A DNA stretch of 64,000 bases from Monocercomonoides exilis PA203 (GCA_001643675.2 LSRY02000038.1:682001-746000), one strand, 5' to 3'; positions 1 to 13,910 are shown, numbered from the stretch's first letter. Translations and numbers: made by a program. Notes: generated by a model from the letters alone, not told the origin.

Positions 1-9
1 AAATCACAC

Positions 10-3000
10 CTACACCAGCCCCGTTTTCCGCATAGCATTATACACTTGCCTCACATACATATTGTTCGAAGTCATTCCCCACGCTGCCAGTTCATCAATC
101 CACCCACTCTCCTCCAAATCACACCTCAGCATGTTCCACGTTTCGGCAGGACTGTTAAACATCCACAACTCTCGTTTCATATAAAATTGCGCTTCTTTTT
201 CTCCTTCACTAAAATTGCCTTCTTCCTCGTCATCCTTCTTGTTATTCACTCTACTCCATCTATTTTGGCCTTTCGTGCTGGTTATCGCAAACTTCCTCCT
301 TTTCTGCTTTCTCTCGCCAATGTGTTCAGCATCGTAGTACTCAGTGTTGCTTCTCCTGTACATTTCGCAATTTGACACAAACGTAATCAAAACAGACAGA
401 AGATTTGCAAAGTCATTCGTCATCTTCGATAACGAAAGCATCCTGCCATAGTCATAAACAGACGCTGGGGTGTATTGCTGTAACATAACAGTTGTGAATG
501 GATTGTTTCTCTCTTCGGAATAAATTTCCTCTTCCTCTTCTTCTTCATAGCTCTTGCTACGCTTGTTCATCAAACGAGAAGAAAATGAATTCTCGCCGCT
601 TTTAATCAAATAATTAGGATTTACTTCCGTTCCATCATTCTTTTCCTCCGCTTGTATATCTTCCGTTTCATTCTTTTCTTTTCCGTTTTTCTCTTTCATC
701 ATTTCAAGAAACATCAATCTTTCCTCCTCTTCCTCTTCCTCTTCATCTCCCTCATATCTTTTTCTTCCACCTCCTTTACCACCTTCTTCTCCAACGGCAC
801 ATCCATCCTCAAACACCACCCCTTCTTCTATTCGTTGCAACCCTTCCTTCAGCAAAGCAACCAGTTTCTCCGCAATACATCCCACCACCCCTTTCTCCAC
901 CAGATGGCTCACTCGATCAAACTTCCTCATTACCCCTTTTGTCTCATCGTCATTCCTCAGCTGGTTCTTATCTACACACTCAAACCACAACCCATCCACA
1001 CAAATATGCTGCGGCTGCCTATTCAAATTTGCTCTGTTTGCTCTCATAGGGTCAGGAATAGGAACAACACGCACATATTCCATTGTTGGGCAGACAATTT
1101 CACAGAAAGGAACTCCAAAGTTGCTGAGGTTGTTAACAAGCTGCTGATACTCTGGGTGGACTAATTCGGGTGCTCTGATCAAATATGTCAGAGTGGCGCA
1201 GGCATTTTGGAGAACTGTATTGTTGACGGTGAGATTCCTGCTCCTTCTTGAATAGCGACTCGGATGGGAAACTGGGCGATGCGGCAAACACGAAGAAGAA
1301 GAAGAGGAAGAGGAAGAAGACGATGATGTAGAAGACGAAGAATAAGAAAAAGATAATAAATTCCTTTCACTCGACGCGCAAGCCGAACATCCTTCTTCCC
1401 CACCACATTCCTGCTCTCCTTCCAAATGGTACATTGCATAAGGAGGCAAGCTGTCTAAGATAGACACAACATTCTCTGCAATTCCACTTCGAATGCAATC
1501 ATCGAAGAAGAAGTACCTTCGATTTACCACTCGCATATCAGTGGTGTTGTATACATGCATCAGTACTTGCGACAGAACAGCAAGGGACAAGGAAGAATTG
1601 AGGGAGTTTATCATCTTCTGGTAGAATAAGTCAGATGCTGATGGATGATGATTGGGAAGTGAATGTGCATTGTTATTGCAAAGATTAATACACAATTCTT
1701 CTTCTTCTTCTTCTACTACTACTACTTCTTCTTCTTTGCTTTTATCTTTGCATTTTTCTTTTTCTTCATTGCCTTCTTTTGATTCTTTGCAATTCTTTTT
1801 GTTTTGCCCATTCTCTCCTTCTTCTGCCACATAGTTTCTTCTCCAAACAGAAAACGGATTTGCTCCAGGCATAAATTGCCTAAACAAAGGCAAATTAAAC
1901 AACGAAAGTGTGTTTTTATGCTGTGTCAAAGCCAACAACCACTCGCTTTCTGCTCTTTGTGGAACCGATGAAAGGAAAGAACTCAGTTCAGTATAAGGAA
2001 ATGAGTGGATGAGAATGTCGTATACGCTCATTATCCCGCTGGCTGACATTTGATAGAGCAAGAACATACACATGCTTTTGAAGAGGATGATGCCAGGCTG
2101 TTTAGCGATTGATTCACTGAAAGTAAGGAAAAAAAAAAAGAAAAGAAAAAAGGAAAAAAAAAAAAAATAATCATAAGGCAAATATGCATATATATATAAA
2201 GAAAGGGAAAGAAAGTAGGAAAGTAGGAAAGAAGGAAAGAAAAGAGAATTAATTTAAAGGTTTAAAAAAAAAAGTAAAAATATTATCAAAAGCAAATAAA
2301 ATATTGGAAAATTGAAAAAAAAAAACTTGTAAATCAAAGCAAATATTCTCCCCCCAAAAAAATTTAAAATAATAAAATATAAAATTAAACAGTTCTTTCT
2401 ATCAACACACCTTCCCCCCTCACATCTCTTGCACAGCCCCACCAGAATTTTCACAATCAGCTTGCACATTCCTGATGACGCCATCAAATCCCAGTTCTTG
2501 CTATTGCTTCCCAAAACCAGATAGCTCTGCAGTGCGAGAAATTGCATTGTTCTGTCATTCTCCTCAAACACTTCAGAAAGCGAGACAAAGATTGGGAATG
2601 TTTGCACAGGAACCAATCTCCCAATGTGCAGAAAAGCTAAAGCAAACAAAATATACATCTTTGCCTCTGAAAGAATGCTGATTTTGTCTTCTTCTGCTGC
2701 CAATTGGCTAATTTGCATTGATTTCTCATCTTTCGCCTTTGATTCACGAATATCTGATTGAATATGAGCATATTGCTTCAACCTCTGCAGCCTCATATCA
2801 AAAGCATAGAATATCTGCACCAGTTTCATCACCTCATCTCCATTCACAATGTGTTCTAGAGAATTCTGCTCATTTCTTTGGATGAATGGAATAAGCTGCA
2901 AAGAATTGACTGCCCGAAGAAGTGCCTTTGTAAGTATCAGAATCATTTGAGGGTCTTTTGCAGTGATTGGAGGTTGAATGGGAATTGATTGGTAGCAGAA

Positions 3001-6000
3001 TGAAGAATATATCTTGTCCAATGCTTTTTTCATAATTCTTTCTTGATCTTCTTTGCTTGATATGATGGATTTTTCATCCATTTTAGATTCATCGTTGGCT
3101 TCTTCCTCTTCTTCTTCTCTTTCTTCTTCTCTTTCTTCTCTTTCTTCTTCTTTATCTTCTTCTTTATCTTCTCCTGTCCCTTCCTCCACTTCCCTTCTGG
3201 ACTCCTCAATTGCTTCATTCATATTCTCATCGTATCCAACTTCTTCTTCTCCATCGCTCATCAGCACACTCATCACAAGATCATTCGATATGTTCTCATA
3301 TTGCACATTCAACTGCTCAACTGTTGGAATTTCTGTCTTTCTTTTGTTCATTACACCCAACTTAATCACATTTTTATTGTACAGACACAAAACCCACGGT
3401 GTTGAAGGAGAAGGAGAGAAAAGAAGATTGTGAGAATAAAGAGAAGGAATAAAAGAAGGCATGAACGTCAGAATGGAACCTGCAAGCAAAGCGGAAGAGG
3501 AAGGAGAGAGCAAGCGGGTAATGGGGAAATATTTGGATGTATTTATAAGGAAAGCAGAGGGAGTAAGAGGTTGAGATTTGGTTATTGAATCAATGATATC
3601 TTCACTTTGGTGATGATGTTGATGGAGTGGCGGTTTGCTTGCAATTTCAATAGAGTTTTCAGTTTTAGTTCCCTTGTTGCATTCAATTACAGTATCTTCA
3701 ATGCTTTTTTGGCTTCTCTTGCAAATAGAATTCTCATCCGATTCTGCCATATTCACATTCCTTCCTTCGCAAATCACTAATTCTCTATCAATCTCGATGT
3801 CTGTTTTCCTTTGCTGATAATTCTTGTACCAATTCAATGACATCTCAATCACAGAAAGCAGGTTGACTTCATTTATCCAAGTTGATATTCCATCTGAGGC
3901 TGTGGAAATCAAGCTGAGTAAAACTTCTACAATGCATTGCTCTTCCATTGGATCGGTGTTGTATCTAGAGAGAGAGAGAGAGAAAGAGAAAGAAAGAAAG
4001 AAAGAAAGAAAAAAAAGAGAGAGAGAGAGAATAAAAATAGTGAAAAAATGGAAATAATTAATGGAATATTGAATATGATGAAAGAATAAAAATTTTTTAT
4101 ATTTTTTTAATATATATATATATAATGTTTCAATTCATAAAGATTATTTAAAGCATAAAGGATTAATATCAAAGGCAATTAAGAAAAGTTAATAAAAACA
4201 GAAAAAAAAAAGTTAAAATTAAAATTTCTAAAGGTCATTTAACATACTCTAAATACTTCCAGAGAAGATTGTGGAAATCAAATGCCATAAGATGCCGATA
4301 ATTGCCTGAAAAGAAATAAAAAATCAAAGACAAATAAATAAGAATTCAATAATGCAAATGATAAAAAATTGATAAATTGAAAATTTCAAGAAAAAGAAGT
4401 AAAGATTTCATTAAATTTTTACGAAAAAAAATCAAAGAAAGGAGGGAAAAAATATATAAATTACTAAAATTATTCATACAAAAAGAATAAAAAGTATTGA
4501 TATATAAATCTTTCTCTCATCCTCTTTCCCTTCTTCCCCTCTCTCTTCCTCTCTCTTCCTCTCTCTCTCTCTCTCCTCACATACCAATCGGATACTGCGC
4601 TAGCCCAAACGCTGTGAAAATTACACAATTTCTAACCGATTTCTCCTCTTTTTTAATATTTTCTGTTGCAAAATGAGACAAAAACGACAAAATATCCACA
4701 ATTTCCAATGGAAATGTGATTCCAATGAAACAACGAGATAAAATGGAGATGGAATTCAAAGCGATTTGAGAGTGGATGGGTGAGATATACTCAGAATAAG
4801 AGGAAGAGGAAGAGGAAGAGGAAGAAGAAGAAGAAGAAAAAGAAAAAGAAAAAGAAAAAGAAGAAGAAGAAGAAGAAGAAGAAGAAGAAGAAGAAGAAGA
4901 AGAAGAAGAAGAAATTGAAGAAAGGGGTGATGATGATGATGATGATGATGAAAAAGATGATGATGATGACGAGAAAGTAGAAGAAGTTGATGCTGGTTCT
5001 GATGAAGGTGCAGATGAACAACCCATAGTATAACATGAATTTTCATTCTTTCTCAAACCATATTCATCTTCTCTTTCCTCTTCTTCTTCTCTCTCTCTTT
5101 CTTCTTCTTCCCCTTCCATCTCATCCTTCCCCTTCAATATCAGTTCCGAAGACACATAAAATGCCTCCAAAACATTCAAAAGCGTACCTGATTCACACAA
5201 AGCAGAAGATAAAGAGCTATTTCTATTGAATGCTTGCCTCATCTTCAAGTTTACTCTTCCCCTTGAGTCGCAATAGTTTAATAACCTGTCTATACGTTTA
5301 TCGTCTTCATTTACTCTCAAACGGGATATCTCTTCTTCTTCTGAGTCTTCTTCTTTGTCTTCATCGTCTTCTTCGTTGAATTCTACTTCTACAACTACTT
5401 CTTCTTCTTCTGCTGCTGCTATAACATGTGTTTCATTGTGAATTTCTCTTGATGCAGATGATGAAGATGATATTGATGATGATGAAGAAGACGATGATGA
5501 AGAAGAAGATGACGACGAAGAAGAAGAACTTTCATCCATATCAGGAGATAAAGGAATAAGTGAAAAAAATTCCTGTGCCTGAGCATAATTTCTCACCAAA
5601 GCCGCCATTCCGCTTTGATTTTCATTCTTTTTGTCCATTTCTTCGCTTCCTCTTCTTTCTCCTTCTTTTCCTTTTCCTTCTTTTCCATCTTTCCTTTCCT
5701 CCTTCTCCTTCTCTTTCGCATTTATCTCCTCCACAATTCGACAAACACATTCATTTTCACTCAAATCATCGCATCTTCCGTTTAAATCTCTTCTTTTCAT
5801 CGCATTTTCCTTTTTATTATTGTAATCTTTATTTCTCGTTTTCTCTCTCAGCTCGTTCAAAAATGATGTTGGTTGGCTCTTCATCATGCCAAACAATTGG
5901 AAAACGTGATCTACGAACTTCAAAACCGAATTTTTCACTGAATAAACTTTGGATGAGAGCAAGCGAGATATTAAAGCAGGAAATTGGGTTAAGTAAAACA

Positions 6001-6723
6001 CATTATCAGCACCTTTGAAGCTATTAACACACAAAATCAGCCAAATAAACCTCAAAATCACATCGCAATAGCCTTCTTCCTCTTCTGCTTTTTCATTCAG
6101 ACAAGAAATAGAGAGGAAAAGGAGAGCTATTAAATTGTGTGAAAGAATCAAAGAAGGGTGAAGAAGTTCAAATTTTGCGATTTTGTTAGTTTCAAACAGA
6201 TTTTGACCTGAATGGAACTGAACAAGGGAAAAAGTCTTTTGCAAGCCAACAATTTTTATTTCTTTTTTTAAATGGAAAGCTAAAAGGGGAAGAGCAAGGA
6301 CTTCTATGCGATGGGAAGGGTTATTAATAAGAGAGAGAAGAGAATAGATATTTTCAAAGGATAAAGAGGAAAGGAAAACTTGCAAGCAATTCAATGAAGA
6401 TTGTGGAGTTGGATTTGTTTGGTTGGTTGAAGGGTTTGTTTCGTCTTTGAGATTATATTCTGGTATTTTTGAGTTATATTCTTCTTCTTCTTCTTCTTTT
6501 CCTTCTTTTTCTTCTTCTTTTTCTTCTTCTTTTTCTTCTTCCTCTTCCATTGAATTAAACTGATTTTCTTCTCTTCTTTCTTCTTCTCTTTCTTTTTCTT
6601 CATGTTCTTCAATCTCATCTGGGATAATCAAGTCATTTAGCTTCTCACAGATGATACGTGTTCTGAGATCTGTGAATTCTTGTGGAGTGTGGTTTGAGAT
6701 GATTGAAAGAGAAGAAGAAGAAG

Positions 6724-6754
<31 letters not shown>

Positions 6755-9543
6755 TGATGATGAATTAGGTGATGAAGAATAAATTCCATTCATTGAAGAC
6801 ATTTTCATTGAAAACGATGGGAAATAAAGTTCAACCCATTTTTTCAGTTCATCTTCTTCTTTTGGCACTAATCTTTGAAGTTGATTGAAAATTCTTCTTT
6901 TGTTGCGTTCCGTGTTACTTAAATAGGAAACGAATGAAGTTTTATGAAGGAAATAGATCACTTCCATCTGCAACATGATATTTTCTCGGCTTGTATCACT
7001 AAAATAAAAAAAAAAAAATAAAAAATAAAAAAAAGAATGTTTATATGAGAAGAATAAATAAAATAATAAATAATAAATAATAAATAATTGTTATTATTGT
7101 TATAAATAGAGAGAAACAGAAGGTATAGAAAAGAAAGAAAAAGAAAAAAAAAAATAAAAAATAAACAAAAATATATGTACTCTTTCTTTCTCTCTTTCTC
7201 TCTTTCAAACCTTCTATTTCTCAATATCCTCGCGAATCTTTCAATTAATCTCCGATTCTCAAAGCACAACAGAAACATGTCAAAATCGGAGAAATAATTT
7301 GGCATGAATTCAAATTGCTCCGAAATCGAACGGAGCAAAAGGGGATTTTTTGTGGAAATTAATTTTTCTCTGAGAAGAGAAGAAATATAAGGGAGGGAAT
7401 ATAGAAGAAGATGGATGATATTAGAGGAAGAAGAAGAAGATAATGAAGAAGAAGATAATGAAGAAGAAGATGATGATGATGAAATGGTAGACGAGGATGA
7501 TGATAACATTGATGATGATGATGATGTGGAGAAATTCTCTTCTTCTTTCGTTCCGAAAACTTCATTTATTCTATTTGTTACTTCATTTTCTCCATTTTCT
7601 TCCACATTTCTTCTTCTCCTTCTGTTTGAAATCAACGACAAAGTGAAAGAAAACAAAGTAGAAGGAATTTTACTTGTAGATCTATATTTGTTTGAAATAA
7701 GATGCTCATATGAATATTTATAATGCCTTTTCATGAATGAAATTTCATCTTTGGTTAGATATCTTTGGTTGTTATTCGTTTCTTCTTCTTCCTCTTCTCC
7801 TCCTTTTTCTCTTTCTTCCTTTTCTTTTTCCATTTCTTCTTCTTTTCCTTTTTCTTTTGTTACTTCTTCTTCTTCTTCCATTTCCATTAATCCTCTTCCT
7901 CTTCTTCTTCTTCTTTCCTCTTCAAGTCTTTCTCTTCCTTCTCCTTCTCTCTCCCTCTCTCTCATTGCTTCGTCCACTTCCATAGGCATTCCATACAATG
8001 GCATCAAAACTAACCCAATTTCAAACTTCAAATATTCCTGCATAATTTTATTTCCTTCAGAAATAAACTGAAAAGGGGAATTTTTCAGTTTATTATTCAA
8101 AATTGACTGATTTATTTGTGAAATAATTAATTTTATTACATTTATTCTTATTTTGGTTAATTGAGGGTTCCTAATTAGGCAGTTTAGAACACGCTGGAGG
8201 AGTTGGAGGGAATAAATGAAGAGAGGTGAAGAAGAAGAAGAAGGGTTTGTAGAGAATAGAGAGAAAACATTAGAAGAAGAAGAAGAAGATGATGATGATA
8301 TTGTAAATTGTTCAGAATTTATTATTTCTTCATTCTTTTCTTTTCCTTTTTCCTCCTCCTCTTTTCTTTCTCCTTTTCTTTCTTCTCTTCCTTCTTCTTC
8401 TCTTCCTTCTCTTTCCTCCTCCTCCTCCTCCTCCTCCTCTTCTTCTTCTTCTTCTTCTTCTTCTTCTTCTTCTTCCTTCACCACAAACTTCATCGCAAAC
8501 AATGACAGAAATTCTTTCATAGGAAACATTTCAATCAACTTGATGAAATGTTCAGTGAAAGAAAACTTAAACAAAGAAGAAGCAAAATGAAGAAGAGAAA
8601 CAAGAAGATGGTATTTGGAAGGAGAAAGAATGAAGATGTTGTTTGTTTCTTCTTCTCTTTCTTCTTCTTCTCTTTCCTCTTCTTCTCTTTCCTCTTCTTC
8701 TCTTTCTTCTTCTCTTTCTTCCTCTTCTTCGTTATTTATTTCTTCTTCTTTCATTATTCCTTCTCTTCCTTCTCTTCTTCCTTTCCTCCCCTCCTTCTCC
8801 TCCTCCTTCTCCTTCTTCACCTCCTTCTCCTTCTCCTTTTTCACCTCCTTCTCCTTCTCCTTCTTCATCTCCTCTATTTCCTCTTTCAACCACAAAAACA
8901 CCTCTTTTCCTATCCCTCTCTTCAAAATCTTGTTTATCGAATGGATTTCTTTGTTCATTGCAAATCGCATTATTTCTATCAAAACACTCATATTTCTGTC
9001 ATTTTTGTGTCTTTTTAGGCAAAAAAGAAAAGAAGAAGAAGAAACAAAAGACAATTTTGAGGAAGTTATATGTGGAGTACGCGAACTTTGCTGGATTTGT
9101 GGTTGATTTTGAGATGAGAATGAAGAAGAAGAAGAAAGAGAAGAAGAAGAAAGAGAAAGAGAAGAAGAAGAAGATGATGATGATGAAGGAATATGAAATG
9201 AAGAAATGTTTGTTTCTTTTATTTCTTCTTCTGTTTTTTCCAATTTTATTTCTTTTTCTTCCTCTTTTTTGAATTTCTCTTTTTCTTCTTCCTCTTCCTC
9301 TTCTTCCTCTTCTCTTGCTTCTCTTGCTTCTCTTCTTCCTTCCTCTATGATTTTCTTATATGCCACCAAATACCCTTCTTCCATCATCTTCTTCTTCACA
9401 TCCATGTCATTCGACTTGCTCAATCCATTTAGGGCAAATAGAGAGGATGATACAAGAAGTGGATTGGAATGACTAAAGAGAAGAAGAAGAAGAAGAAGAA
9501 GAAGAAAAGGAGAGAGAGGAAAAGGAAAAGGAAGAGGAAGAGG

Positions 9544-9576
<33 letters not shown>

Positions 9577-9596
9577 AAAGAGAAAGAGAAAGAGAA

Positions 9597-9631
<35 letters not shown>

Positions 9632-9686
9632 AATAGAAAGAGAAAGAGAGAGAAAGAGAAATAGAAAGAGAAAGAGAGAAAGAGAA

Positions 9687-9764
<78 letters not shown>

Positions 9765-10405
9765 AGAAGAAGAAGAAGAAGAAGAAGAAGAAGAAGAAGA
9801 AGAAGAAGAAGAAGAAGAAGAAGAAGAAGAAGAAAGGAAAATAAAATATTATAAAAATAAAATATAAAATATAAAATAAAACAATAGATTTATTAGTAAA
9901 TTTTCAATGGACAGTTTTCAGTGAAAAAGGATAAAGAAAGAAATAACAAGGAAAAGAAATAACAAAAAGAAAAGGAAACATTTATTTCCATCACAAACTG
10001 TAAGAAAAATTCTATCAGAGGCAGAATGCTACGAAATCGAATGAGATGTCTATTGGCTAAATACAAAAAGAGGAAGACGGAAAAGAAGAAGAAGTAGTAG
10101 TAGAGGAAGAAGAAGAAGAAGAAGAGAAAGAGAAAGAGAAAGAGGAAGAGGAAGAGGAAGAGGAAGAGGAAGAGGAAGAAGAAAAAGAAGTAGAAGAATA
10201 TATATTTTAATTAGAAAATAAACAAACAAACAAAAAATATAAACAATTCCTTTCATTTTTTTTTTGTCAAAAACAGTCTCATTTTTCCCTTTTCCATTAA
10301 AAAAAATGTGATTTAGCAAAAATATATCAAATAAATAAATATAATATAATATTAACTTTAAATATAAACCTTCTCTCTCTCTCTCTCATTCACTCACTCA
10401 CTCTC

Positions 10406-10472
<67 letters not shown>

Positions 10473-13295
10473 CTTTGTCTCTCTCTTCTTTCTCTTTCTC
10501 TCTTTCTCTTTCTTTCTCTCTCTCTATCAACATACAAGGCAATATTGTTAGCATTCCCAATGCTACAAGTGCTCTTGCCACTTCTGCTACATCAAATTCA
10601 TTTTCATTCATTTGAAATTCTTTTTCCTCTTCCTCTTCCTCCTCCTCCTCCTCTTCTTTCTCTTCTTTCTCTTCTTTCTCTTCTTTCACTTCATTCTTCT
10701 CTTCATTCTTCTCTTCCTCCTCTTTCTTTTCACTTTCTCTATCTTCTCTTCCTCTAAAAATCCATTTCTTCTCTTCCTCCTTCCTCCTTCTCTTCATATT
10801 CCCTTCTCTTTCTCTTTCTCTTTCTCTTTCTCTTTCTCTTTCTCTTTCTCTTCCCCTTTTATTTCCTTCTTCTTCTTTTCCTCCTCCTTCCAAACAAAAC
10901 AACATTTTGCATATTTCTTCTTCTTCTTCCCTCTTCTCCTTCTCTATCCTCTCCTTCTCCTTCTCAAACATATCATCCAATTTACTTTCTCTTTCCTTCT
11001 CTATTTCTTCTTCTCTTCTCCTCTCTCTTTCTTCTTCTTCTCTGAACTCCCTTTCAAATTCTTCCATCTCTTCCTCTTTCTTCCACAAATCTTCATCTTC
11101 TTCTCTCTCCTTCTTCTCCCTCTCTTCCTTCTCTTCCTCATTTTCCCCAACAATAAACCTTTCTCCATCCATATATATCACTTGGTTTTCTATTCTTTTC
11201 CTCTTTTTTATGTGTTCTCTTAACATCTCAATTTCTTTCTCCACCACTTCCTTCTTCTCCAAAATGGAAAAATTGTCAAAATTCTTTGGTCGATTGAATT
11301 TCAAAGCTGTTTTATTGTTCTTCTTCTTCCATTCTCTTTCGATTTCTCGCTTTCTTTCTCTCTCTTCTTTTCCTATCTTTCTTCTTCTTCTTCCTTCTCT
11401 TTCTCTTTCTCCTCTTCTTCTTCTGTTTATTTCTTCATTTTCTCCTTCTTCTTCCCCAACTTCTTCTGTTCCATCCAATCTTGCATATACTATTCCATCT
11501 CCTCTTCTTTCTTCTCCCTCTCCTTCTCCCTCTCCTTCTCCCTCACCTTCCATCGCCTTCCTCTTCTCCTCCTCCTCCAATGTCCTTGCCAAAGCTTCGT
11601 CTTCTCTAGTTGCCTGGTCATTCAAAAGGATTCTGTTCGTCATAATTTGCCTTTCCATTTCTTCTCTCTGCTTCTCGTTTAATCTTCTTTCGGCTTCTTG
11701 GATGGAGGGGAGGAGGAGGAAGGAGAAGGAAGATGAGGTGGAAGAAGAAGAAGATGATGATGATGGGTAAATTGAAGAGGAAGAGGAAGAGGAAGAAGAA
11801 AAGGAAGAGGAAGAGGAATATAATGGTGCTGCTGGTGGTGGTGGTGATGATGATGATGATGACGGAAATTCACTAACATTAACTGAACAACCGCTTTTCA
11901 ACTTCTTTTCTTCATATTTTACTTCTGTTTTTGTTACATCCTCTTCCATCATTATAACAGCATTCATCTCATTCTTCGTCATCGTCTTCTTCTTCTTCTT
12001 CTTCTCCCTCTCTTCCTTTTCTTCTCTTCTTCTCTTCCTCATCTCCTCCAACTTCATCTTTTTATATCCTTCTCTTAATCGTTTAGCTTCCTCCTTTTTT
12101 TCATTTTTTTCCTTTTTCTCCCTCTCTTTCGCTTCTTCTATGAAATCTTTCAAAATTTTACTCAGAAACCATAAAATTCTTTCTGTTCCTCTGTTTTCGT
12201 GTCTTAATGGGCGGTAACTAAATAGGAAGCATAGAACATACGAGGCAGCCTGCCGAAGTGAAAGAGGAGTTTGATTGAGGAATGGGATGGTGAGAGAGAA
12301 GCGAGTGAGTGATTGAGAATAAGAAGAAGAATTTGAGGATGATGATGATGATGAGATATTATTAATATCTTCTGATAACTTTGAATCTATCTCAGCATTT
12401 CCCTCTTTATCTTGTCCTTCTCCTTCTCTTTCTCTTTCACCTTCAAATCCCAAATTCTCATTCACTTCTCTTCCATTCAATTGAAACAGAAACGGGGAAT
12501 ACAACATGGGCGGCTGCTTAATCAGAGCAAACAACACATTCACAAGCGGAATTCCTTCAATAGAGACGAGGCGGGTGAGGGAATTAACCAGAGCGAATAG
12601 AAGGCTGGGGAAAGTGGTGTGATGTGAAAAGGAAGAAGAGGAAGAGGAAGAAGATGGAGAAGAAGATGGAGATGTAAAAGAAGAAGGAGATGTTGATGAA
12701 GAGGCAGAATTTGGCTTATGCAAATCGGTGGAGCGAACAAAAGACGAAGAAGCAGCACAAAAAATAACAGTGTTCATAAGGCGCAACGTTTGCTCAAACA
12801 AAAAAGTTAGTTTTTTCTGCAGTGTATAAGAATGGATGTCTTTGGATCCCATATTGCATATTGCATTGAATAACAATGTAAAAATGGTGGAAATGCTGTC
12901 GCAATCTCCATTACTGAAAAAATCACATTTTTTCTGCATTTGCAACGCCACATTTATTCCGGACAGAACATACAGTATATCGTCTTCCGAAATGTTTCCA
13001 CATAGAATAACTTTTGTTGCATCAAGAAGTACGGTAAAAGGTGAAGATATCTTGAAGATCAGCCGATGATAAGATAGGTGTACTATATGACTATAATAAA
13101 GCTTCAGTAAAACAGAAAAGCATGATAAAATAATATCTTTACGTTGAGACTAAAACAACTGTGTTATTGAAAAAAATGGAAAAGCAAACATACTTTCATG
13201 AAATTATTAATAATTTTGCCAATATAAAAGGAAATATAAGCTTTAGTTTGATTCGCTTTGCTATCTTTTATGAAGCTAAAATTATCGAGGAAATC
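10..13295 (-). CDS. Giant multi-exon hypothetical protein (~3,700 aa): ARM/HEAT-like helical segments with E/K/R-rich and poly-Ser insertions; 5' start uncertain
   Basis: The five long minus-strand ORFs join in frame through phase-compatible GT-AG introns. Exons: 13295-13194, 13149-10536, 10056-9999, 9472-7181, 6998-4585, 4305-4248, 3964-2411, 2116-10 (TAG at 12-10). Donors are GTATGT/GTTTGT/GTACAT/GTGTGT; acceptors are polypyrimidine+YAG. The start could be the ATG at 13199 or lie further upstream. Confidence 0.8.
4248..4305 (-). other. 58-nt micro-exon (phase 1 to 2) of the giant gene, missed by the ORF track
   Basis: ttttcag|GC AAT TAT CGG CAT...TTA GA|gtatgt; encodes (G)NYRHLMAFDFHNLLWKYL(E) and restores the frame between the flanking exons. 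Confidence 0.8.
9478..9835. repeat. Compound (GA)n/(GAA)n/(GAAAGA)n microsatellite filling the 3' part of intron 9473-9998
   Basis: Directly visible tandem runs. Confidence 0.95.
9999..10056 (-). other. 58-nt micro-exon (phase 1 to 2) of the giant gene, missed by the ORF track
   Basis: tatttag|CC AAT AGA CAT...TTA CA|gtttgt; encodes (S)NRHLIRFRSILPLIEFFL(H) and restores the frame. Confidence 0.75.
10371..10525. repeat. (CT)n/(CTTT)n microsatellite at the 5' end of intron 10057-10535
   Basis: Directly visible tandem runs next to the GTATGT donor at 10535. Confidence 0.9.
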
Positions 13296-13861
13296 CTAAG
13301 AAAAATCAAAAATATAATAAAAAGTTGAATTTCACATTTGACTTTCAACAACAAATGAAAAAAAACATTTTTACAATGATCTTTATAATGAATTGTATTT
13401 AAAAAGTCCGTTAGCATGTTGTACTTCCAACGTTTTTTATCTAATAGAACATTAAAAATGATGTTAACGAAAATTAAGAAAATAGTTTTATTCATAAATT
13501 GCTTAGTACCATTTAATATGCAAATTCTATTTATTCCTTCTCTCATATTTGGTTTGCCAGGATCTTCAAATATTAAAAAAAATTGAGATTAAAAGATTTA
13601 TGTCGAATAAATAGTATAATGGTTAATTATGGTTTTGTTTAAAAGAAATTGTTGGAATAATTCTCTAATGTTGTTTATGTGTGCTTTTGATGATTTGTAT
13701 TGAAAAAAATAATGTGATTAAGTGTGTGTTTATTTGAAATACAAATTATTTCTAATTGAATTAATAATGTGAAATGAACTTGAAATAATAAACGAACTTT
13801 TTGTCTTGTAATAATCTTGTTGACGTATGAGTTGAGTAAAATAACGGCAAGATTTAAGAAA

Positions 13862-13910
13862 GGTGATCTTTTTTACCATTTAATATTAATAATTGGTAAA
13901 AAAGATCACC
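13862..13910. repeat. Perfect 17-bp inverted repeat with a 15-nt AT spacer
   Basis: GGTGATCTTTTTTACCA (13862-13878) / TGGTAAAAAAGATCACC (13894-13910). Confidence 0.9.

Noticed and set aside
46-12758. Numerous plus-strand and alternative-frame ORFs overlapping the giant gene
   Set aside because: Shadows of stop-poor GA/CT low-complexity coding sequence.
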